Origin: a virus | Lineage: Duplodnaviria; Caudoviricetes | Length of the DNA stretch: 61,467 nucleotides | Direction: 5' to 3' (one strand) | Virus record (IMG/VR): IMGVR_UViG_3300007609_000021 | Coordinates: 1 to 61,467 of that record | Part shown: positions 28,556 to 37,579 of the stretch, piece by piece | Numbering within the stretch: the stretch's first letter is position 1 | How the letters are laid out: each line of letters starts with the position of its first letter | The notes under the pieces: model-generated | Databases searched by the model: none | Told to the model about the DNA's origin: nothing | The model's input: only the letters and a program-made list of their open reading frames with translations | Program-made: the position numbers and the translations under genes

Positions 28556-30016
28556 TTAAGAATACTTATAGTGTATAAATAGCGCTTTATAAGATTCTCC
28601 TTCAAAAGGTATGGGTCTTCCGTGAGCGCAAACAGCCGATTCATAAAATAATATTTGCCCAGGCGTTAATTCAATTTCATTCCAATGCCCGTTGTGCTCT
28701 TGAATATGCAAAGGCCAATTGTGGTCTTTATAAAGAGGTATTATAACCCCTATATGATGTGTATCTTGCCTATCATAATGATTTTTTAGAAAAGAACCTT
28801 TTGTGTATTCTCTGATCCCATATACAGCGGACTGCTGTAATTTTTTGCCGCACCATAATTCAGCTGATTTTAACAAACTTTGTGCAATATAATTTTTTGC
28901 TTCTTCGCTTAAATTATATAAGTATGTTTTAAATGGTATATAAGTGTCTTTGCCGTCAAAATTTTCTTCTACCTTAGGACTCGTGTTGTTTAACGCCATA
29001 TTAAGTAACTCATTAGGCAATTTCTTAAATACAAAGCCATTATCTGTTACTTTTGGCAACAAATTATTTTTATCTCTAGTTTCAATAACATTTTTATTCG
29101 AAAGCGGGCTGAAATTTCCTACTTCGTGCAAAAATTGTATATATTGATATTGAGCAAGATCTTTTGAAACAGGTATATCCTCACCGTATGGTATTTTATT
29201 AATCCATTCGTATTTACAAAATAAGTCTTTATTTATTTTAGCCGCTAGATCTCTTGTGTTTCCAGCGTCGTGGTATATGGAATTTTGATAAAAATTTTCT
29301 TTTGAAAAATTTGGCCAAGAAAAATTTAAAGAGGAAGGTATTTCAGTTTTAATATTATATTTCCAAAAAGCCCATAATGTTGTCCACATTTCTGCGGTCC
29401 AAGGATTTACCCCCTCTGCATCTGTTTTATTATCTTTATTGTTTTCAGATTTTAAAAGATGATATAACTGGGCGGCTTTGCTATACGCATCACGCCACAC
29501 ATGCAATGGTATGTTGTCAAATATATATTGCGCCCCACCTGCTTGGTCTTCAATTATTTTACTGTTATCAATATCAAACGACTGTAGCATTAGAGGCAAA
29601 TACTTTTCTCCTTTGCTTCTAATTCTTGAAGCATCAAGATAATCTGTTTTGGACATATAAACTTTACCTTTAGGAAAATATCCAATAGGTTTAGTTATCA
29701 TTACGTCTTGGTCGCAAAAAAAATATTGATGTTGTATTTCTTCGGGATATATTTCAAAAAATTTAAATATGCCGTATATTTTAGTTAATGCTAGATATTC
29801 TTTCTCTCCATGGAATGGCAGGTATAAGAATCTTGCTTTAGAGTATTTAGAATGCAATAAACTCCATTCTTTTGACACTCCATTATGGACCATTGTAACA
29901 ATAACATTAATATCCTCCTCCTTAAAGCCGTTTTTTAAACAGCTTTCTATCATCACTTCTGTTTGCCAAGCAAATATTAATTGACTGGACGCACTAGTTA
30001 TTAGTTTCATGGGCAC
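28556..30016 (-). CDS. Fusion: GT95/GT96-like glycosyltransferase plus 2OG-Fe(II) oxygenase
   Basis: N-terminal AWQTEVM, FCDQD (DxD) and WTAEMW; C-terminal YGIREY, HYD, GQILFY and HGR. Confidence 0.75.
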   Translation of the reverse strand: MPMKLITSASSQLIFAWQTEVMIESCLKNGFKEEDINVIVTMVHNGVSKEWSLLHSKYSKARFLYLPFHGEKEYLALTKIYGIFKFFEIYPEEIQHQYFFCDQDVMITKPIGYFPKGKVYMSKTDYLDASRIRSKGEKYLPLMLQSFDIDNSKIIEDQAGGAQYIFDNIPLHVWRDAYSKAAQLYHLLKSENNKDNKTDAEGVNPWTAEMWTTLWAFWKYNIKTEIPSSLNFSWPNFSKENFYQNSIYHDAGNTRDLAAKINKDLFCKYEWINKIPYGEDIPVSKDLAQYQYIQFLHEVGNFSPLSNKNVIETRDKNNLLPKVTDNGFVFKKLPNELLNMALNNTSPKVEENFDGKDTYIPFKTYLYNLSEEAKNYIAQSLLKSAELWCGKKLQQSAVYGIREYTKGSFLKNHYDRQDTHHIGVIIPLYKDHNWPLHIQEHNGHWNEIELTPGQILFYESAVCAHGRPIPFEGESYKALFIHYKYS

Positions 30017-33000
30017 ATGCTTGTAATTGTGTAAGAAATATTTCCAGAGTTAACCTCAGCACCTAAAGTCCAACATATGCCGGACCCATCGTTAACTAAA
30101 ACACTATCTCCTGGGCTATAACCTTTTGCTTTTGCAATATCAGCAAGTTCGCCGCCATCGTTTCTTTCCGCAACATACGCATTAGTAATCCCTGAAGTAG
30201 GCGCTGCTGTTGGAGCGGCGGTAGGAGCCTGCGTTGGAGCCGCAGTCGGGGCAGCAGTTGGAGCCGCAGTCGGGGCAGCAGTTGGTGCAGCAGTTGGTGC
30301 AGCAGTTGGAGGTGGGGTAGGAGCCGCAGTAGGCGCAGCAGTAGGAGCCGCAGTAGGCGCTTGGGTTGGTGCTACACAAGTTCCTGTAATATTATATTGC
30401 CCATTTGCTGTTGTTTGATCTCCAAGGGTCCAACATTGACCGGATCCATCATTTAAAGTTACTAAATCATTTATTTGATACCCCTGTTGTAACCACACAT
30501 AGGCATACACAGCCCCGTCAAATCTTTCGGCTATCCATGAGCTATATGATGGAGCGGTAGGTGCTGCAGTTGGCGCTTGGGTTGGCGCAGCAGTAGGCGC
30601 TGGGGTTGGTGCTGCAGTAGGTGCTGCTGTGGGTTCAGGAGCGCAAGAGCAGGTTGACAAAGCATCTAAATCAATTGTACCTTGCTGACTAGGATCTACG
30701 TCATAGTATTTATAACAATTACTAAAATAACTAAATGTGTCGCTTGTTGTATATGAAGATACCGTACTATATCCATATTGCAATTGAGAAGAATTAGCGC
30801 AGTTTTCAATTATATAGTAATAAACCTGAGGAGCAGTTGGCGCGGCGGTAGGAGCCGCAGTAGGCGCAGCAGTTGGTTCTGGAACACAAGAGGCAACATC
30901 AATAACCGTGCCCGTGTTGTCAATTCTTACTGAAAATGGCGCAGGGCCATTTGAACCAGCGTCATCAATAGCGTACCATTGATTATTGCCTTGCCAATAA
31001 AGGTTTATGCCTGTGCTATTAGATGTAAATCTTGTTCCTACACCAACTTGCGCTAATGTTGAAGCATTAGTTGAATAAATAGGAGATCCTAATATAGACT
31101 CACAAGCTTCTTGAGAGCCGCTGCTGCCAGATCCTTGAGTTGCGTGGGTAGCAAATTCGGCGTTTGGTGTTTCCGTTGGAGCCTCTGTGGGCGCTTCTGT
31201 AGGAGCTTCAGTGGGAGCTTCCGTTGGGGACTCTGTAGGCGCTTCTGTTGGCGGTGGAATATCAGTAGGTGCCGCAGTTGGTGCCACGGTTGGCGGAGGC
31301 GTAGGCTCAATCGGTGTTGGCGCCTGAGTTGGTGCAATTGTAGGGGCAACTGTTGGTGCAACTGTAGGAGCGACTGTAGGGGCTTGGGTTGGCGCTGCGG
31401 TCGGTGCTTCAGTTGGAGCTTGAGTTGGTGCTTCTGTTGGAGCTTGAGTAGGTGCCGCAGTTGGAGCTTCTGTTGGGGCTTCTGTTGGAGCAGGCGTGGG
31501 GGGTATCGTGATATTAGAAACGCTGCCAATTCCTTGAACTGAAAATTCTTTGCTATCAATATTAGAAAGAGTATTTGACACTCCTTCTATATTATTAAAC
31601 CACTTGCCTTCTTTACCTTTAAAGTAAGTTACTTTGCCGGATTGCAAATCAGTTTCTATTGATGTTGCTTGCCATCCGTCAGTAGTTAAGTTTTTACCTT
31701 GCGTTCCCTCGTAAGCTAATGTTTTAAAGTTTTTAACAACTGATGGCTCATTATTAAATATAAACTTTACAGAAGAATCATATTGAGACCCATAAAAATT
31801 ATTAACTCCAGAAGCATGATGTTTCCAAAGCTCAGCATTATTAAATGTAAAATAGTCTCCATTTAAATATAAACCGCTTTCAGGAATAAAACTAAGTCTT
31901 GTAGTCCATCCATCTACGGTTTCAGAAAAAGCTAAACTTTCATCTCCTTCAAAAGATAATATATATTGCCTTGTATGAATATCATAAGAACCAATTATAA
32001 GGCTATTATGGTCTTTTAATTTGTCTCTAAAATATGAATTCATATTCTTACTAGACAACAGTGTTAAACCGTCTCTAGAAAGCCTTAAAACAGCGCCTCT
32101 TGCCTTGTCGGTAAAATATGCTTGATAGCCATAATAAGCAAACGATTCTGGATTTTTTGAAATACCAAATTCACCGCCGTAAGGTACAGCTTGACCAAGT
32201 ACATTATTAGAAGAAACTACATTAGTAGATCCATCCGCATTATATAATGAATCTTTATCTGCTTGTATTCTAAGGATTTTATCTTCGCACAGAGCTATAA
32301 CATCAGTATCTCTAGTATGCAATAGTTGGATTGATCCGTATTCTGGATCTAAGTCTTTTGTGATTGGTTCTGCCGCAGAAAATTGATTTAATCTGTTAAC
32401 TGAATTTCTTGAATTATATAATCCAGACCATATTAAGCCTTGGCTATTTCTAGATCTTTTATATTGTTCAGCCAATACCGTAGAAACTCTAACTTGCTTA
32501 TCCATTTGAACAGCATTGTAATCGTCTCTAATTCTATTGGATTCTACGCCGTTTTGGAAATTGTAGCAATTAAAATACCTTAAGAGATGTGTATCACCAT
32601 ATTCTGAAATATCAAAAGTTTCTTCTGTTTCATAATAAATATCTAAAAAACCTTCGGCTGGTTCTGTTTCAAAAACAGCAGGATCAATGTTATCAACTTC
32701 TTCTCCCTCAACAGGTAAAATTGCAACTGTATTTAATTGGTCGTAATCAACTCCTTGCGATTGAGCAGGTGTCCATTTAGTATATATTGTTCTTGTAAAC
32801 CCATCTGAATAAGTATAAGTTCCTGCGTTATACCATTTATAATTAGTATTAGTTCCATCTACGGTAACAGACCCAGAAGTTATATCTTCTGTAACCAATG
32901 TTCCTTGCGGGTTACTAAAAGCTGTTCCAGAACCATAACCATTTTGCGTAAATACAGCAACATTCCCTGCTCCGGAAACTTCTGAAAAATAAAAATCTTT

Positions 33001-34791
33001 TTCAATATATCCTCCGCCTGAGTCATATATTCTATATTCACCTAAATAGCTGCCGGATGGATAAGAAGCTGTTCCGAAGCTGCTCTCTGGTATTTCTTCG
33101 GCTACGGCATTGTTTGCTACATTAGCTTGATATAAATCATATAATATGCCGTCAATGTCTTCCAGCTTAACAAAAAATCTTCCTGAAGTGTCGTAATTTT
33201 CGTAATCAAAATTTGTTACTGCTGCTACTGCTGTAGGATCAGATGGAGCAACCCCTATAAAATCAGGAGCGCTGGATTCTACTGCTAATGTTTTAAACTT
33301 AGCTAAAGGATTTGCAATGGGTATTGAAGAATTTTGACCTTTTTTAAGCAGTAAAAAATCTCCTTCATTAAATTTATTTATTTCAGTAGATGGTAATGCC
33401 ATCCAAACTTCGCTGCTTTGTAATTTTTCCGGGTTTGGGAATATAGACTCTGCAATTACATTATAATATTCACCTGCAGTATCTTTTATAAAATATTTAA
33501 ATTTATCAAAAGAGTTTGCAGCGCTACTTGGCAGAGTATCGTTCATAGACACAGAAAATTGCTGCGGAGCATTCATTTGCTCAAGATTACCAAAAGGAAC
33601 ATTTATTGAACCAGATCTATTTGATATAACAGGAGTTTGCCTACCATATTTATCTTCAAAGACAATGCCAAATTGATAGGTTCTATCTGATTTTATATGT
33701 TTTCTGTTGCCGCCCCTTGCCTGTAAAGTAATATCAAATTGAGGTTTTATTTCTGCTGTATTTTCTCCAATTTCATAATTACCAAAAATTAATCTATTAG
33801 AGCTTATCTCAACAGCTTTAGCTTTCAAAGGCACGGCATCCCATAGTCTTAACAATTGATCACTTGCAACTATAGAGTATATTTGTTCGCTGGTTAGCTC
33901 GTATGTTTCAGGAAAATCTTCAAGCGACAAAGTTTCAACTACATATATAGATTGATCATCTGATTTTTTCATTAAGACATCAATAGACTCTATATTATTT
34001 ACAGTAGTATCAATGCCTGTTAAAGAAATGGATTTTACAGTATTTTCCATTCCTGTATTATACCCTTTTTTTGCGTTAAATTCAAAAATTCCAGGTAAAA
34101 AAGCAACTTCAGAAAAAGGAGAAAAAACAGAATATTGACCGTTTTTAAATTTCCATCTATAAGCAAATCTTACAAATTTTAATTCAAATAATGGATCTGC
34201 ATTTTCTACTCCACCAGAAGAAGTTAAAGATAAGATTGGAGCGGAAGCTGGTTTTTTCTTGATTAAAACAACATCTTCAGTTGTTAAATCTTGCCAGTTT
34301 TCTTTGTAAAATATCTGGGTATGACTAGTAGTTGGGTTTGGTCTTACTTGATCGCTTTCAAAATATTCTAAATCAATAACGTAAGGTTCGTTTACGTTAT
34401 CTGTTATAGCTAATTGTTTTTCAAAAATAGCTATTCCAGTAATTAAATTGTTTGAAAAATTAAACACAACGTTATTTACGTCTTGTATAATTATAGAAAC
34501 ACTAGAGCCATCATAGGATAACAAGTAGCTTACGGAAGTATCCTTAACTATCCAATATATCTTTTCAGTAGAAGTATCTACTGTACTAGCAATTAATATA
34601 GGGCTTGTAAAATTTATGTTTGAAGCTATTTGAGAGTTTCCAATAATATTTTGTATAGCTCCAGCATCATTACCATCGGTACTTGCTAATTGTATATTAA
34701 GAGCGTCTCTATATTCACCATTTGGTATTAAACGTTCATCTAGGTCTTTATTCATTCGACCCGCGTTGAATAGGTGCTTAATTTCTGGCAT
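30007..34791 (-). CDS. Tail stabilisation/nozzle protein with C-terminal xAPT repeat extension
   Basis: N-terminus GRMNKDLDERLIPNGEYRDALNI; beta-rich body; lies downstream of the ring proteins. Confidence 0.75.
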   Translation of the reverse strand: MPEIKHLFNAGRMNKDLDERLIPNGEYRDALNIQLASTDGNDAGAIQNIIGNSQIASNINFTSPILIASTVDTSTEKIYWIVKDTSVSYLLSYDGSSVSIIIQDVNNVVFNFSNNLITGIAIFEKQLAITDNVNEPYVIDLEYFESDQVRPNPTTSHTQIFYKENWQDLTTEDVVLIKKKPASAPILSLTSSGGVENADPLFELKFVRFAYRWKFKNGQYSVFSPFSEVAFLPGIFEFNAKKGYNTGMENTVKSISLTGIDTTVNNIESIDVLMKKSDDQSIYVVETLSLEDFPETYELTSEQIYSIVASDQLLRLWDAVPLKAKAVEISSNRLIFGNYEIGENTAEIKPQFDITLQARGGNRKHIKSDRTYQFGIVFEDKYGRQTPVISNRSGSINVPFGNLEQMNAPQQFSVSMNDTLPSSAANSFDKFKYFIKDTAGEYYNVIAESIFPNPEKLQSSEVWMALPSTEINKFNEGDFLLLKKGQNSSIPIANPLAKFKTLAVESSAPDFIGVAPSDPTAVAAVTNFDYENYDTSGRFFVKLEDIDGILYDLYQANVANNAVAEEIPESSFGTASYPSGSYLGEYRIYDSGGGYIEKDFYFSEVSGAGNVAVFTQNGYGSGTAFSNPQGTLVTEDITSGSVTVDGTNTNYKWYNAGTYTYSDGFTRTIYTKWTPAQSQGVDYDQLNTVAILPVEGEEVDNIDPAVFETEPAEGFLDIYYETEETFDISEYGDTHLLRYFNCYNFQNGVESNRIRDDYNAVQMDKQVRVSTVLAEQYKRSRNSQGLIWSGLYNSRNSVNRLNQFSAAEPITKDLDPEYGSIQLLHTRDTDVIALCEDKILRIQADKDSLYNADGSTNVVSSNNVLGQAVPYGGEFGISKNPESFAYYGYQAYFTDKARGAVLRLSRDGLTLLSSKNMNSYFRDKLKDHNSLIIGSYDIHTRQYILSFEGDESLAFSETVDGWTTRLSFIPESGLYLNGDYFTFNNAELWKHHASGVNNFYGSQYDSSVKFIFNNEPSVVKNFKTLAYEGTQGKNLTTDGWQATSIETDLQSGKVTYFKGKEGKWFNNIEGVSNTLSNIDSKEFSVQGIGSVSNITIPPTPAPTEAPTEAPTAAPTQAPTEAPTQAPTEAPTAAPTQAPTVAPTVAPTVAPTIAPTQAPTPIEPTPPPTVAPTAAPTDIPPPTEAPTESPTEAPTEAPTEAPTEAPTETPNAEFATHATQGSGSSGSQEACESILGSPIYSTNASTLAQVGVGTRFTSNSTGINLYWQGNNQWYAIDDAGSNGPAPFSVRIDNTGTVIDVASCVPEPTAAPTAAPTAAPTAPQVYYYIIENCANSSQLQYGYSTVSSYTTSDTFSYFSNCYKYYDVDPSQQGTIDLDALSTCSCAPEPTAAPTAAPTPAPTAAPTQAPTAAPTAPSYSSWIAERFDGAVYAYVWLQQGYQINDLVTLNDGSGQCWTLGDQTTANGQYNITGTCVAPTQAPTAAPTAAPTAAPTPPPTAAPTAAPTAAPTAAPTAAPTAAPTQAPTAAPTAAPTSGITNAYVAERNDGGELADIAKAKGYSPGDSVLVNDGSGICWTLGAEVNSGNISYTITSMCP
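30198..31503 (-). repeat. Four blocks of 12-bp (A/E/Q/V)APT tetrapeptide repeats
   Basis: Blocks at about 31166-31503, 30832-30880, 30550-30640 and 30198-30372; synonymous codon variation between units. Confidence 0.92.
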
Positions 34792-34795
34792 TTAA

Positions 34796-35893
34796 TTAGT
34801 GTTTAATTTGTTTGCTCTTACCTCTCATTACCTGAGTAAGCTCTCTTAATTTTAAATTTGAAAGACGAAGTTTAGCGTTACGCATAGTAGCCCTTCTTTC
34901 TTTTTTAAATCTATTTACAATGTATTCTGGCATATTTGCTTTAGAAGCAATAATTGCGTGAGCTATATACTTATAAATAGCTTCTTCTGCTAATTTGTGT
35001 ACCTTCATTTCTTTGTCAGTACCTAATCCGTCAGAAATATATTTTATTGTAATTACTTTACCAGCTAAATTACTGCTAAATCCAAATTGACCATTTAGTT
35101 CATCAACAACAAAAACGCCGTTAACTTGAGTAGTTTCAGGATTAGAACCATATCTTCTACCTAATCCTATAACACTATTGTTATGGTCAGCATTTGAAAA
35201 GAAATAGTCATCATTATTAGATAAACCTATTGTATCGTTTGTTTCAACGCCTTTAAAGTATTCAGTAGCAATAGAAGTACCAGTTAGTAAGCTATCGTCA
35301 TCATCATACAAGTAATTTGTTTCGTCGTCTTGTAAAACCGGTTGTGATGGTCTTGAAGTGTCGTTAGAAGGATATATAATTCTTTCTAAACCATTACCAT
35401 CTATCCAAGCAAGCTGAACATATCCGACATAGTCTTGTGGCATTGGTATTGTTAAAGTAGATCCAACTTCAACTTCTTGTATTTTTTCTATTCTTGAAAT
35501 GTCGTAACTAAATTCTTGTATCGCTCTTTTAGCATGAAACATGACATCTAGCTGCCTTGCTGTAGTTATTATTTTGTCGTCTCCAACATAAGAAACCATA
35601 AAGTTAGCTATAATATCTTCTAATGAAATATATCTATAGCTTCCGTGCTTTTGATTGTCTAATACTATTTTAACTTCTGTACCATCAACAGGTGCTATAG
35701 AAAAAGTAATTACGCCCGTATTGTAAGTGTAATTGCTATCATCTATTTCTTCACCGTCAATAAATACAACAAAATCTGTAATAAGGCTTGGTAATGGATC
35801 AAACGTTACTGTAAATGCAGTTGTAGAGCCATCTGCTATAAATATTTCTGATAGGCTATAATACTGCCTTGCTGTTTGATTTATAAGTCCCAT
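34796..35893 (-). CDS. Tail ring/adaptor protein
   Basis: Position between capsid and nozzle genes; PQDYVGYV motif; N-terminal ADGSTTAFT domain. Confidence 0.65.
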   Translation of the reverse strand: MGLINQTARQYYSLSEIFIADGSTTAFTVTFDPLPSLITDFVVFIDGEEIDDSNYTYNTGVITFSIAPVDGTEVKIVLDNQKHGSYRYISLEDIIANFMVSYVGDDKIITTARQLDVMFHAKRAIQEFSYDISRIEKIQEVEVGSTLTIPMPQDYVGYVQLAWIDGNGLERIIYPSNDTSRPSQPVLQDDETNYLYDDDDSLLTGTSIATEYFKGVETNDTIGLSNNDDYFFSNADHNNSVIGLGRRYGSNPETTQVNGVFVVDELNGQFGFSSNLAGKVITIKYISDGLGTDKEMKVHKLAEEAIYKYIAHAIIASKANMPEYIVNRFKKERRATMRNAKLRLSNLKLRELTQVMRGKSKQIKH

Positions 35894-35896
35894 TTA

Positions 35897-36586
35897 TTAA
35901 GATTTTTCTTGAGTTATTTTTTTAGTTTCTTTTGCATCTGCAACCTGCGATACGCTAGGATCTTTTATTGTTAATCCAGCATACATTAATACTTTAAGAA
36001 CTAAAGTTGTTTCTTCAGACTCATGTAATTCAAAGTCTTGAGAATTGTTTGCATTGTAAAGAGCGTTGTTGTTTACATTAGTATACGCCCATTCTACTTT
36101 TATAGGTTTTTTTACATACGTACAGCTTACGCCAGATGTAATTGTAGAGGGATATAATGTAACACTCCAAGACCCATTAGCATTTTGAATGTAAACAGGC
36201 GATGTAGTAGATGGTTGAGTTAGTTTAGAACTTTGATAATCAAGCAATTGCTTAATGTCTACTTTTTCAACCTCAGTTCCGTTGTATATAACAGTACCTA
36301 TTTTATGTAAGTCAGAAGGAAATGTAAATGCTCCAGCAGAGTATGAAAGGTTTCCAAATGTTTTAAACTTACTAATTTTTTCATCAACAAGATTGTACAG
36401 CTGAGCGTATTCTGTGTTATTATCTTTTAATCTCATATATTGATTAAGATCAAAAAAATATTGCTCAAATATTTCTAATTGAGCTTGATTCGCAAAAAGA
36501 TTAAACTCTTGCGGTGTTAAATAACCTCTTTGCTCTTTATTTAGAATAGCAAGTACTCTTTGGTATACTGTATCTATACTTATCAT
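35897..36586 (-). CDS. Tail ring/adaptor protein
   Basis: NKEQRGYLTPQEFNLFANQAQ and YVKKP motifs; gene order. Confidence 0.65.
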   Translation of the reverse strand: MISIDTVYQRVLAILNKEQRGYLTPQEFNLFANQAQLEIFEQYFFDLNQYMRLKDNNTEYAQLYNLVDEKISKFKTFGNLSYSAGAFTFPSDLHKIGTVIYNGTEVEKVDIKQLLDYQSSKLTQPSTTSPVYIQNANGSWSVTLYPSTITSGVSCTYVKKPIKVEWAYTNVNNNALYNANNSQDFELHESEETTLVLKVLMYAGLTIKDPSVSQVADAKETKKITQEKS

Positions 36587-36609
36587 GTTGTTTATTGTTA
36601 TTTATATTA

Positions 36610-36635
36610 GTTAGGCCACGTTTAAGCGGCCTAAC
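36610..36635 (-). terminator. Hairpin, probable terminator
   Basis: gttaggcc...ggcctaac inverted repeat in an intergenic gap. Confidence 0.5.
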
Positions 36636-36654
36636 CTCTATAAAATATTACGTG

Positions 36655-37500
36655 TTATTTAAGCCTTTTTTCAACAGATTGAAAAACTTCTACGCCTTCA
36701 TCTGTTTTAAAGTAAGCTGCTAACGCCGAGTATGGATTTTCATCAAATGGTACAGTAATTAACTTTCTTCCTGTTGATGCCCAACTAAAGGTTCTGTTGT
36801 CATCTGATAAATTAATAATCCTTTGTTCTACGGACTTAATAGCTAAGTTTCTAATATTTATGTTTTCGTCATTAACCAATTCTAAGAACAAAATAGGATC
36901 TTTCTTAGCAAATAGCAATAAATCCCTTTTAAGCTCCTTAGAACTCATATCTGATACCCTAGATCCGATCTCAGTACGCAATATTGCTTCTGCTTGATCA
37001 ATATCTATAGAACGAGCTGCCATTAAAGCATCTAATTCTAATTCTAAAAAGTCTAATTCGTCTTCAGCATCTTCTTCAGCATCAAACTCTTCAAACAATT
37101 TACCTTTTTGAGGGTGATATAATGATAATAGTTTTTGTAACGTTTGTTTCTCTTTTGGTACTACCAATGTTCCATCAGTAAATACAATGTGCCCTAATCT
37201 CGCAGGACCCTGAAATTCATCAACAAATGGTGTTTTTTGATTTAAAGTATACTTGATTTCTCTTTCGTATCCTTTTTCTTCATCAAACCAGTAAATTCCT
37301 TTACTTCTTATTGTGTATGTTAATGCGTTTCTACCGCCTTTTAAATAATATGTACGGTCTTTAACTTCCCAAGAGTTTTTCTTAGGTTTGGGTTCTTCCT
37401 TCACAACAACTTTTTCAATTGGTGCTTCTAAAACTTCTGCTATAACTTCAGTATCTCTTGGTACAGAAGTAGATTTTTTTGGTGTGACTTGTTTTGCCAT
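36655..37500 (-). CDS. Conserved head-module protein of unknown function
   Basis: 281 aa ORF directly downstream of the capsid gene. Confidence 0.6.
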   Translation of the reverse strand: MAKQVTPKKSTSVPRDTEVIAEVLEAPIEKVVVKEEPKPKKNSWEVKDRTYYLKGGRNALTYTIRSKGIYWFDEEKGYEREIKYTLNQKTPFVDEFQGPARLGHIVFTDGTLVVPKEKQTLQKLLSLYHPQKGKLFEEFDAEEDAEDELDFLELELDALMAARSIDIDQAEAILRTEIGSRVSDMSSKELKRDLLLFAKKDPILFLELVNDENINIRNLAIKSVEQRIINLSDDNRTFSWASTGRKLITVPFDENPYSALAAYFKTDEGVEVFQSVEKRLK

Positions 37501-37537
37501 GATATAATATAATTAAAAAGTGTATAAAAGTAAGAAA

Positions 37538-37562
37538 TACCCCCGTCAGTACAACGAGGGTA
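37538..37562 (-). terminator. Terminator downstream of the capsid gene
   Basis: tacccccgt...acgagggta hairpin with T-rich sequence after it on the - strand. Confidence 0.55.
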
Positions 37563-37579
37563 AATCCTACAGGGTTATG

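Noticed and set aside
31089-31559. Alternative-frame ORFs over the xAPT repeats (156, 143 and 65 aa)
   Set aside because: Shadow frames caused by GC-rich, stop-poor repeats
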